DNA from: an uncultured virus (IMG/VR IMGVR_UViG_3300024946_000002)
Taxonomy: Duplodnaviria > Heunggongvirae > Uroviricota > Caudoviricetes
Reading direction: 5' to 3' (one strand)
IMG/VR virus record: IMGVR_UViG_3300024946_000002
Length of the DNA: 20,000 nucleotides
The notes below the pieces were generated by a model, which had not been told where the DNA came from, ran no database searches, and was given only the letters and a program-made list of their open reading frames with translations. A program made the translations under genes and the position numbers. This document shows positions 7,870 through 14,687 of this stretch, one piece after another. How positions within the stretch are numbered: the stretch's first letter is position 1; the number at the start of each line of letters is the position of its first letter.

Positions 7870-8061
7870 TTATGCTGCTTTTTTAAGAAGCTTTAATTTG
7901 ACTGCTAGCATTTCAATGCGCTTTCCTGCATCGTATGAAATGCTTGATTGCTTGCCGTTAACAATGTCAGAAATTCGAGATTGCGGAACATTTGATCTAC
8001 GCGATATTTCCGTTTGGGTAAGGCCGTAATCAAGTAATTTTTTAATAATTTCACTAATCAT
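7870..8061 (-). CDS. cro: Cro-like repressor
   Basis: 63-aa XRE HTH (GLTQTEISRRSNVPQSRISDI), divergent from cI. Confidence 0.88.
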   Translation of the reverse strand: MISEIIKKLLDYGLTQTEISRRSNVPQSRISDIVNGKQSSISYDAGKRIEMLAVKLKLLKKAA

Positions 8062-8069
8062 AGGAAATG

Positions 8070-8097
8070 ATTATACGCATTCGTATTCATAAGTCAA
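8070..8097 (-). promoter_or_regulatory. PR-like promoter (cro operon)
   Basis: Minus strand TTGACT (8097-8092), 16-bp spacer, TATAAT (8075-8070). Confidence 0.8.
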
Positions 8098-8136
8098 TAC
8101 GAATTTGCATTAGCAATTTTATATACGTTATCGGAT
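8073..8136. promoter_or_regulatory. OR-like triple operator
   Basis: 14-bp pseudo-palindromes ATACGCATTCGTAT (8073), ATACGAATTTGCAT (8097) and ATACGTTATCGGAT (8123), spaced 24-26 bp. Confidence 0.85.
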
Positions 8137-8139
8137 AAT
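8111..8139 (+). promoter_or_regulatory. PRM-like promoter (cI)
   Basis: TAGCAA (8111-16), 17-bp spacer, GATAAT (8134-39). The cI ATG is 6 nt downstream. Confidence 0.65.
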
Positions 8140-8145
8140 AAAAAG

Positions 8146-8787
8146 ATGGAATTTAAAGATTGGTTAAAATCAAAAATGGCAAAAAGAGAGCTTAATAGTG
8201 CCTCTCTTGCGGAAGCTATTAGCGAAAATCAACCAACAATTTATAGAATATTAAGTGGCGAAACAAAAAACCCAAGACTGCACATAGTAAAAAAGATTGA
8301 ATCATTTTTTAATGAAGAGTTTTTAAATGCTGAAGCAATGTCAACAACAACATCTACAAGTGACATTGTAATTAATCAATACCATGACATAAGGGGCGCT
8401 ATGGGAAATGGCTTAGTGCTTCGGGGTGAATCTGGGCAAATAACAGGATGGAAAGTGACGCCTGAGTGGCTAAACAAAAATGTACCATCTAACACTGGCA
8501 ATAAGAATTTGACTATCGTTACAGGCTTCGGTGATTCAATGAGGGGAATGTTTAACTCTGGTGATCCGTTGCTAGTAGATGCTGGCGTTAAAAATTTAGA
8601 GTATGACGGTGTGTATTTCTTTAGGATTGGTGACGAAGGTTTTATTAAAACACTTCAAAGAATACCAGGTGAAGGTATCAGAGTGATTTCTGAAAATAAA
8701 AAATACGAAACATGGACAATTACTAAAGATATGGAATTTGAAGTCTTTGGCCGCGTTTTAAAGGTATGGAAAAGCGAAGAGTTTTAG
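8146..8787 (+). CDS. cI: CI-like repressor (XRE HTH plus S24 autopeptidase)
   Basis: N-terminal HTH (NSASLAEAISENQPTIYRILSGETKNPR), AMGNG cleavage-loop region, GDSM catalytic Ser, FIKTL catalytic Lys, VFGRV end. Confidence 0.95.
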   Translation: MEFKDWLKSKMAKRELNSASLAEAISENQPTIYRILSGETKNPRLHIVKKIESFFNEEFLNAEAMSTTTSTSDIVINQYHDIRGAMGNGLVLRGESGQITGWKVTPEWLNKNVPSNTGNKNLTIVTGFGDSMRGMFNSGDPLLVDAGVKNLEYDGVYFFRIGDEGFIKTLQRIPGEGIRVISENKKYETWTITKDMEFEVFGRVLKVWKSEEF

Positions 8788-8788
8788 A

Positions 8789-9028
8789 ATGGATAAAGAA
8801 TTTTTAACTCATTACCTTCTCTATGTTTTTGTTGGATTTGTGTTATCAATAATTCTTATTCCATTTCATGACAAAATTAGCAGTGATAATAGAAATCAAG
8901 ATAAAGAATTTAAAATTGGTATGTTTGTTTTAATGTTTTCTTTTATGTGGGGAATCTATCTAATAATTAGCCCATATGTTCTTATAAAAAATTACTTGGA
9001 ATCTTGGAAAGAATTTTTAAATAAATAG
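8789..9028 (+). CDS. Small two-TM membrane protein (immunity-region accessory gene)
   Basis: Two hydrophobic segments, AT-rich, co-oriented directly after cI. Confidence 0.7.
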   Translation: MDKEFLTHYLLYVFVGFVLSIILIPFHDKISSDNRNQDKEFKIGMFVLMFSFMWGIYLIISPYVLIKNYLESWKEFLNK

Positions 9029-9033
9029 ACTAT

Positions 9034-9351
9034 ATGAAAACATTACTTATATTAGCATTACTGATTTCAGGGTGTGCAACATCCACTAAACTGTCTAACC
9101 AAGCTAAATCCATTCAAGTCATTGAGCAAGATAGCGTTTTAATAAGTAAGTGCAAAATGATTGGATCAGTGAATTCCGTAAAAACAGAAATACTCCCTGC
9201 TGACAATGTTTATAATTTGGCTTTAGCTGACACATTAGAGCAAGCTGCAGCATTAGGTGCGGATGCAATTACCATCACCAATGTAGAGCACAGCGCATGG
9301 ATTGCTAACGCAGTAAGAATTCAATCAACAGCACTCAACTGTTACCACTAG
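9034..9351 (+). CDS. Lipoprotein (DUF4156/YbjQ-like fold likely), possible superinfection exclusion
   Basis: MKTLLILALLISG-C lipobox, with CKMIGSV...AAALGADAI...ALNC pattern. Confidence 0.75.
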   Translation: MKTLLILALLISGCATSTKLSNQAKSIQVIEQDSVLISKCKMIGSVNSVKTEILPADNVYNLALADTLEQAAALGADAITITNVEHSAWIANAVRIQSTALNCYH

Positions 9352-9367
9352 AAATATTTCAATACAC

Positions 9368-9391
9368 AACCTGCTTCGGCAGGTTTTTTTT
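9368..9391 (+). terminator. Intrinsic terminator of the cI operon
   Basis: AACCTGC-TTCG-GCAGGTT followed by a T run. Confidence 0.9.
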
Positions 9392-9428
9392 CGCCTAAAA
9401 ATCTAGTTTGTAAAAATATTAACAAATA

Positions 9429-9470
9429 ATACGAAAATGTATTGACTTTTATAATACGAATATGTATAGT
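9429..9470 (+). promoter_or_regulatory. PL-like promoter with two OL operators
   Basis: TTGACT (9442-47), 17-bp spacer, TATAGT (9465-70). Operators ATACGAAAATGTAT (9429) and ATACGAATATGTAT (9454) match the OR consensus. Confidence 0.87.
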
Positions 9471-9516
9471 TCAAACATCGCTACAAAACATCGTTTCGAT
9501 ACTTCCCCAAAGTTTA

Positions 9517-9550
9517 AGGGTGAAAGCTTCGGTGAGTAGCCCTCTTTTTT
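9517..9550 (+). terminator. Leader hairpin with U-tail (attenuator-like), containing a GAA/AGUA internal loop
   Basis: AGGGT-GAAA-GC-TTCG-GT-GAGTA-GCCCT then CTTTTTT, between PL and the first gene. Confidence 0.5.
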
Positions 9551-9561
9551 AGGATTCAATT

Positions 9562-9798
9562 ATGCAGACAACACCATTTAAACGTGCCCTAGCAATGATG
9601 GCGCAAATTCAAGCAATTATTTCTAGTTCGCCAGCAGGTATGCAGCAGATATTAATGGGCCAGTTAGGTCCATATAAATCTCGCGGACATGGTCGTGGTT
9701 TGTTTGGTAAAAATTACTTCAAGTCGCGCAGTAAATATTCTCCACATCAAAGCAAACGTGAATGCGCAAGGCGTGTTCTACAAATGGCAAAAGCATAA
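9562..9798 (+). CDS. Small basic protein, first gene of the PL operon (N-like position)
   Basis: AGGA SD, Arg/Lys-rich C-terminus KSRSKYSPHQSKRECARR. Confidence 0.7.
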   Translation: MQTTPFKRALAMMAQIQAIISSSPAGMQQILMGQLGPYKSRGHGRGLFGKNYFKSRSKYSPHQSKRECARRVLQMAKA

Positions 9799-9822
9799 AT
9801 TTGTATTTCAAATTTTAGGTGA

Positions 9823-9945
9823 ATGAAAATGAATAAACAGATTTCAGAGAGCACAGATGTACGCACAGTTGAAACGCTAATCCGTGAAGCATTGGCGCTA
9901 GGTTTAAAAGTGGTGCATCGCCCAGATTCAGCAAAGGCGGCTTAG
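9823..9945 (+). CDS. Small hypothetical protein (40 aa, not in ORF track)
   Basis: MKMNKQISESTDVRTVETLIREALALGLKVVHRPDSAKAA*. AGGTG SD, ends 2 nt before the next ATG. Confidence 0.6.
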   Translation: MKMNKQISESTDVRTVETLIREALALGLKVVHRPDSAKAA

Positions 9946-9947
9946 CC

Positions 9948-10175
9948 ATGGCTGATAAAAATACAGGTGGATCAGCATTTCCAAGCCATGGAAGCATGGG
10001 TGAAGTGGCTCAAGATGGCATGACATTACGTGATTACTTTGCGGCAAAGGTTTTGCAAGGAGATTCTTCTGCTGAAGGTGGTTGGTCGGTTAATGTTACA
10101 GATGAAATGATAAAAGCTAGGGTTGCTATTTATTACAGACTAGCAGATGCAATGCTTGAGGCTAGAAAGGCTTAA
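9948..10175 (+). CDS. Conserved small phage protein (GGxAFP...GMTLRDYFAAK family)
   Basis: GGSAFP, GMTLRDYFAAKVLQG and Y.LADAMLEAR are the motifs of a widespread phage family. Confidence 0.85.
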   Translation: MADKNTGGSAFPSHGSMGEVAQDGMTLRDYFAAKVLQGDSSAEGGWSVNVTDEMIKARVAIYYRLADAMLEARKA

Positions 10176-10177
10176 CC

Positions 10178-10360
10178 ATGCCCTTACTAGAGCAATACAT
10201 CATTGACCAAGACGGCGTTAAGCGCGTGGTGTTTGAGGAATCTGAAAACAAGCACGCCAACGAGTTTGCAGAGTACCAAGCAGGCTATGAAGCCGCACCA
10301 AACAAGCTTGATTACAACATGCAACTGATGAAGCAGATTAGAGCGAGGCATCCACTATGA
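10178..10360 (+). CDS. Hypothetical protein
   Basis: 60-aa ORF tightly packed in the operon. Confidence 0.65.
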   Translation: MPLLEQYIIDQDGVKRVVFEESENKHANEFAEYQAGYEAAPNKLDYNMQLMKQIRARHPL

Positions 10361-10557
10361 AAACACTTTACTCAATCATATGGGCAGCAATCATCGCCTT
10401 GGTTGTATTCGGTGCAATACACATACAGCAACAGTTAAACGCTGAGATTGATAAGCGTGCAGATGCAAAGATTAAAGAGGGTTGGTGCAATTTAGATTTT
10501 GACAGTAGCAAAGCAAGTATTGAGTGCAGCAAGGTTTCAAGACTGGAAAGAAAATGA
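10357..10557 (+). CDS. Small single-TM protein
   Basis: N-terminal hydrophobic helix, two Cys, ATGA overlap. Confidence 0.7.
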   Translation: MKTLYSIIWAAIIALVVFGAIHIQQQLNAEIDKRADAKIKEGWCNLDFDSSKASIECSKVSRLERK

Positions 10558-10643
10558 GTTTTACGCAGTATTACAGCTATTGCCGCAGGCATGGAAGCGG
10601 AATGGTTAAGAGTTTTTTGAGAGCAATTAAGGTTAATTTTTAG
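10554..10643 (+). CDS. Possible 29-aa microprotein
   Basis: MSFTQYYSYCRRHGSGMVKSFLRAIKVNF*. ATGA overlap upstream, and the stop overlaps the recT SD (TAGGAG). Confidence 0.4.
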   Translation: MSFTQYYSYCRRHGSGMVKSFLRAIKVNF

Positions 10644-10653
10644 GAGTATTCAA

Positions 10654-11613
10654 ATGAGTACAGCATTATCAGAACAGCAAAATTCAGGGTTGGCATCATA
10701 CAACGACAACATGATGATGGACGTTCAGGCGATGAAGCACATGATGGATGTTGCTAGCTTTATGTCTGGCGCAACAATGACATTGCCACAACCGTATCAA
10801 AAGAACCCAGCTAACTGCTTAGCGGTAGTGATGCAAGCGGCGCAATGGAAGATGAACCCTTTTGCAGTTGCTCAAAAGACACACTTTGTTAATGGCACTA
10901 TCGGCTATGAGGCGCAGTTAGTTTCTGCGGTAATTCAGCAATCTGGTGTAGTGACTGGCATGTTCGAGTTTGAATGGTTCGGTGACTGGTCAAAGGTTAT
11001 CGGAAAGTTCAAAGAAGTCGAAAGTAAATCTAAGACAGATGACTATGGCAGACCTAAAAAATACAAAGTTCCAGCATGGGATTTTAAGGATGAAGAAGGT
11101 CTTGGCATTCGCGTATCAGCAACATTACGTGGTGAAAGTCAGCCTCGCGTTCTTGAGTTGCTTCTAACTCAGGCAACAACTAGAAATTCAACATTATGGG
11201 CAGATGATCCTAAGCAGCAAATTGCATATCTTGGTGAAAAGCGTTGGGCTAGATTGTATTGCCCTGGCGTTATCTTGGGTGTTTATACATCGGATGAGCT
11301 AGAAACTATCCCTGCTGAAAAAGACATTACGCCAACTCAAGATAGCGCCAAAGCCGAACCTGTTTATTACACAGATGATGAATTCAATGCTAACGAAAAA
11401 GCATGGAAAAAAGTGATAGCAAACGGCAAAGCACCTAAACAGTTTATTGCCTTCGTTGAAAGCAAAGGCAAGTTATTCACGGAAAACCAAAAAGAAGAGA
11501 TTGAGCTTTGGTCACCAAAAGAGAAAGCGCCTACCGTTGTTGAAGGCGAAGCAACCAAAGTAGATGACAGTTTTACAGCAGCCTACGAAAAGGCAGAAAG
11601 CGCAGCTAAATAA
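10654..11613 (+). CDS. recT: RecT-family single-strand annealing protein
   Basis: NPANCLAVVMQAAQWKMNPFAVAQKTHFVNGTIGYEAQLV and RNSTLWADDPKQQIAYL..KRWARLYCPGVILGVYT.DE. Confidence 0.92.
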   Translation: MSTALSEQQNSGLASYNDNMMMDVQAMKHMMDVASFMSGATMTLPQPYQKNPANCLAVVMQAAQWKMNPFAVAQKTHFVNGTIGYEAQLVSAVIQQSGVVTGMFEFEWFGDWSKVIGKFKEVESKSKTDDYGRPKKYKVPAWDFKDEEGLGIRVSATLRGESQPRVLELLLTQATTRNSTLWADDPKQQIAYLGEKRWARLYCPGVILGVYTSDELETIPAEKDITPTQDSAKAEPVYYTDDEFNANEKAWKKVIANGKAPKQFIAFVESKGKLFTENQKEEIELWSPKEKAPTVVEGEATKVDDSFTAAYEKAESAAK

Positions 11614-11614
11614 C

Positions 11615-13237
11615 ATGAACATTCATAACTTAGTACAAGGTACACCAGAGTGGCACGCACACCGCGCTAATTACTTCAACGCAAGTGAAGCGCCAGCCAT
11701 GCTAGGTGTTAGCAAATACACAACACGCGACCAGTTAATCCATTCTATGGCAACTGGACTAACCAAAGAAGTAGATGCTAGCACACAAAAGATTTTTGAT
11801 AACGGCCATAAATTTGAAGCCCTAGCACGCCCTATTGCCGAAAAAATCATCGGTGAAGATTTATACCCTGTTGTTGGCTCAATGGGTGAATACAGCGCCT
11901 CATTTGATGGCATTACGATGGGCGAAGATATTATCTTTGAACACAAAACGCTAAACGATGAGCTGCGTGAATGCTTTGCAAATGGTGAGCAAACACCTTT
12001 GATGTATCGCGTACAGATGGAGCAACAACTAATGGTTTCAGGCGCTGAAAAGTGCCTATTCATGGCATCAAAATGGGATGGTGAGCAATTAGTAGAAGAG
12101 TTGCATTGCTGGTACACCCAAGACATAGAGCTACGTAAGCGCATTGTGGATGGCTGGAACCAATTAAAAGCTGATTTAGATGCATACGTTCCACCAGTAA
12201 AGGTTGAAAAGGTAGAAGCTGAAACAATCAAAGCCCTACCAGTGCCTAGCGTTGTGGTACGTGGTGAAATTACTGCATCGAATCTAACTGAAATCACACC
12301 GCAGTTCGATACTTACCTAGAAAGCATAAAAACAGAGTTAAGCACTGATCAAGACTTTGCGGACGCAGAAGCTAATGCTAAGAACTGCCGCGAAATGGCA
12401 AAGCGCATCGAGGCATTGCAAGAAAACATCATCGGTCAAATGGTGACAGTTAACGAAGCAAACGGCATTCTTGAGAACTACAAAAAAGCATTTAACGCGA
12501 TTGGTCTACGATTAGAGAAAGCAGTTAAAGATCAAAAAGAAATGCTCAAAACGCAAGCAATCATGAAAGCAAATGTGGTTTACGCTGATTTTGTAACTGA
12601 GTTAAACAAAGATATTCCAGTATTGCTTGCACAGAAATTGGTACGCCCTGACTTTGCCACTGAGATTAAAGGCGTTAAGACACTAGAAACAATGCAATCA
12701 CGCATCAATAGCGCATTGGCTAACGGCAAGGTAGAAGCAACCACCTTAGCGAATGACGTTAAATCAAAACTAGCCTATATCAATGAAGCAATCAAAGGCT
12801 ATGAGCACTTGGTTAACGTGAATGCAATCGTGTTTGGTGACATTGATTATATCAAACTACACATTCAATCAGTAAAAGACGCTGAGGACGTGCGCAAAGC
12901 TAAGCATGAAGCCGCTATCAAAGAGCAAGCCGAAGCAGATGCACGCGCCAAAATTGAAGCCGAGGCCAAAGCTAAAGAGGCTGCTGAAATCAAAGCACGC
13001 GAAGAGCTTGAAGCGCAAATCATTGCTGAGGCTAAGAGCGATGACGGTGCTGTTGTTGACGCGACATTTAACGAATCTGACTTTAAGAATGTGTTTGCAG
13101 AACCAATACAGAAAATTGCAAACGCTAAGCGCCCTACTGCTCAAGCAATCATCGCCCTAGTAGCAAAGACATACAACGTTGATACAGCTACGGCTAATCG
13201 CTGGTTGTCGCAGTCTTTTGGGTTGCAGGCGGCTTAA
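11615..13237 (+). CDS. yqaJ: YqaJ/lambda-exonuclease-family recombinase with a long coiled-coil C-terminus
   Basis: LVQGTPEWHAHR...ASEAPAMLG, GH..E..AR, SASFDG......FEHK, YRVQMEQQL.VSG. The likely start is the ATG at 11615, right after the recT stop. Confidence 0.9.
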   Translation: MNIHNLVQGTPEWHAHRANYFNASEAPAMLGVSKYTTRDQLIHSMATGLTKEVDASTQKIFDNGHKFEALARPIAEKIIGEDLYPVVGSMGEYSASFDGITMGEDIIFEHKTLNDELRECFANGEQTPLMYRVQMEQQLMVSGAEKCLFMASKWDGEQLVEELHCWYTQDIELRKRIVDGWNQLKADLDAYVPPVKVEKVEAETIKALPVPSVVVRGEITASNLTEITPQFDTYLESIKTELSTDQDFADAEANAKNCREMAKRIEALQENIIGQMVTVNEANGILENYKKAFNAIGLRLEKAVKDQKEMLKTQAIMKANVVYADFVTELNKDIPVLLAQKLVRPDFATEIKGVKTLETMQSRINSALANGKVEATTLANDVKSKLAYINEAIKGYEHLVNVNAIVFGDIDYIKLHIQSVKDAEDVRKAKHEAAIKEQAEADARAKIEAEAKAKEAAEIKAREELEAQIIAEAKSDDGAVVDATFNESDFKNVFAEPIQKIANAKRPTAQAIIALVAKTYNVDTATANRWLSQSFGLQAA

Positions 13238-13261
13238 AGAATCCCGTAGAGGAGTGCTGCG

Positions 13262-13426
13262 CGGTTTGTCCTAAATGGACGTTGCCTAACGTAAACCGAA
13301 TGGAGCGTTGAACAGTAGCCGATTGACTGGCGTAAGCAGTCACATGAATTAAGCCGACTTTATGATGTGGCGCATCACTAAAGCCAATGCGTAGGCTACC
13401 TCTTGTGGGGTTAAGTCGGTTTAATT
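13262..13426 (+). ncRNA. Cluster of structured RNA elements (three-way junction, hairpin, four-way cloverleaf)
   Basis: CGGTTT/AAACCG (13262-98) encloses GTCC/GGAC and CGTT/AACG. TGACTG/CAGTCA hairpin at 13324-42. A 14-bp stem AATTAAGCCGACTT/AAGTCGGTTTAATT (13347-13426) encloses three hairpins. Confidence 0.55.
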
Positions 13427-13574
13427 GATGGGTAATGCGTAGGCTGATACGCGGGCTGTGAAGCTAAAGGTTATTGAAGTACGACAAGGTTGCTCCTTCC
13501 CCTTGTTATGAGTAGATAGCAATGACGCGGAATGGTTTTGCAATGCCAGAGTTCAGTACTGGCACCCATCACCA
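13427..13574 (+). ncRNA. tRNA-like RNA (148 nt) with acceptor stem, D-like and T-like arms and encoded 3' ACCA
   Basis: GATGGGT/ACCCATC 7-bp stem plus ACCA, GCGT-AGGCTGAT-ACGC arm, GCCAG-AGTTCAGTA-CTGGC arm, and a long central hairpin instead of an anticodon arm. Confidence 0.7.
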
Positions 13575-13593
13575 ATTTTATGAAAGGTAGATC

Positions 13594-13935
13594 ATGGCTG
13601 TACTTGTTGAAGTTAAAAATGCAGTGATTAAAAAAGCAATTATAGACATAGGTGATAGAGGCTTTCTTACTGCAAGCCTACATCTTGACTATGGAGTGTG
13701 CATGCAACAATTTGGCGGCTTTGCACTATACCTACCAAAATCATTTGACCACCATAGATTAAATAGCAGTGCAGGACATTTTATTTTTAGAGTTTTGCAA
13801 ATTGCAGGCGTGGAACGTTGGGATCAGCTACAAAATCAGTGTGTTCGCGTTAAAGCAACTCACTCAGGCGTTATAGAAATAGGCCACATTATTATAGAAG
13901 ATTGGTTCAACCCTTTAGAAGACTTTAAGGAGTGA
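13594..13935 (+). CDS. Conserved hypothetical phage protein
   Basis: GAAAGG SD. NAVIK...DRGFLT..L.LDYG..QQFGG.AL...FIFRVLQIAGVERWDQL....VRV pattern. Confidence 0.85.
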   Translation: MAVLVEVKNAVIKKAIIDIGDRGFLTASLHLDYGVCMQQFGGFALYLPKSFDHHRLNSSAGHFIFRVLQIAGVERWDQLQNQCVRVKATHSGVIEIGHIIIEDWFNPLEDFKE

Positions 13936-13938
13936 TAA

Positions 13939-14013
13939 ATGGCAAAGCAATCTAAACGCAGCATTAAAAAGTCACGTAGAACTAAAGACCAAGATAAATG
14001 GCGGTGGCTATGA
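13939..14013 (+). CDS. 24-aa basic mini-ORF coupled to the HNH gene
   Basis: AAGGAG SD, MAKQSKRSIKKSRRTKDQDKWRWL*, ATGA overlap with the HNH start at 14010. Confidence 0.45.
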   Translation: MAKQSKRSIKKSRRTKDQDKWRWL

Positions 14014-14519
14014 AAAATATAAATGAAGATTTAATAAAAGAATTTCTTACCTACAATAAATTTACAGGTAAATTTTATTGGACTAAAGACTCTAAATTCT
14101 ATAAAAAAAATGAAGTTGCTGGATATTTAAGGCCTGATGGTTATGAAGTTATAACTATAAATGGGATTAAATATCTTTCTCATAGACTCGCATTTGTTTA
14201 TGTAAATGGAGATATTGGAAACTCAATAATAGACCATATTAATGGTTTGAGAAGTGACAATAGAATTGATAATTTAAGGATTTCTGACAAAAAAAGTAAT
14301 GCTAGAAATTGTGGAATTTACCAATCAAATAAATCAGGTTTTAAAGGAGTTACTTTTATAAAGTCAACTGGAAAATGGAGAGCTAGCGCAAGTTTTAACG
14401 GAAAAAGTAAACATATAGGTAATTATGAAACAAAAGAATTTGCTCGAGATGCTTACATAAGTTTTATAAATGAAAACTATGGTGAATTTATACATCATAG
14501 TCTATCAGCCAAAGATTGA
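14010..14519 (+). CDS. HNH homing endonuclease with C-terminal AP2 domain
   Basis: YLSHRLAF.Y..G......IDHINGLRSDNRIDNLR.....NARN, then NKSGFKGV....STGKWRAS...GK.KHIG.Y...E.A..AY. Markedly AT-rich. Confidence 0.92.
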   Translation: MKNINEDLIKEFLTYNKFTGKFYWTKDSKFYKKNEVAGYLRPDGYEVITINGIKYLSHRLAFVYVNGDIGNSIIDHINGLRSDNRIDNLRISDKKSNARNCGIYQSNKSGFKGVTFIKSTGKWRASASFNGKSKHIGNYETKEFARDAYISFINENYGEFIHHSLSAKD

Positions 14520-14528
14520 GGCTTAACC

Positions 14529-14687
14529 ATGAAAAAACAAATGAACACCGAAATGAAAAGCACATTGTTAGGCATGGTTTTAGAAGTATGCAAAAGTTAT
14601 GGGATGACCGCTAAAGATGTTCAAGAGATATTCAACAAAAGAACTATCGAAGGTGGAATGAAAATATTGGAGCAAGTAAAAGTATGA
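14529..14687 (+). CDS. Small hypothetical protein (52 aa, not in ORF track)
   Basis: GAGG SD, MKKQMNTEMKSTLLGMVLEVCKSYGMTAKDVQEIFNKRTIEGGMKILEQVKV*. Confidence 0.6.
   Translation: MKKQMNTEMKSTLLGMVLEVCKSYGMTAKDVQEIFNKRTIEGGMKILEQVKV

Noticed and set aside
1327..8029. Plus-strand ORFs in the ORF track (e.g. 1327, 1956, 2769, 3251, 3542, 4304, 6754, 7169, 7676)
   Set aside because: These are antisense shadows of a tightly coupled minus-strand operon, with no SD or motifs.
13427..13574. Canonical tRNA or tmRNA
   Set aside because: It has no 7-nt anticodon loop at the expected position and a 9-nt T-like loop without the standard TTCRA geometry. It is too short for tmRNA and has no tag ORF. Kept as a tRNA-like ncRNA.
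13936..14528. Group I intron around the HNH gene
   Set aside because: Flanks leave no non-coding room for an intron core, so the gene appears free-standing.
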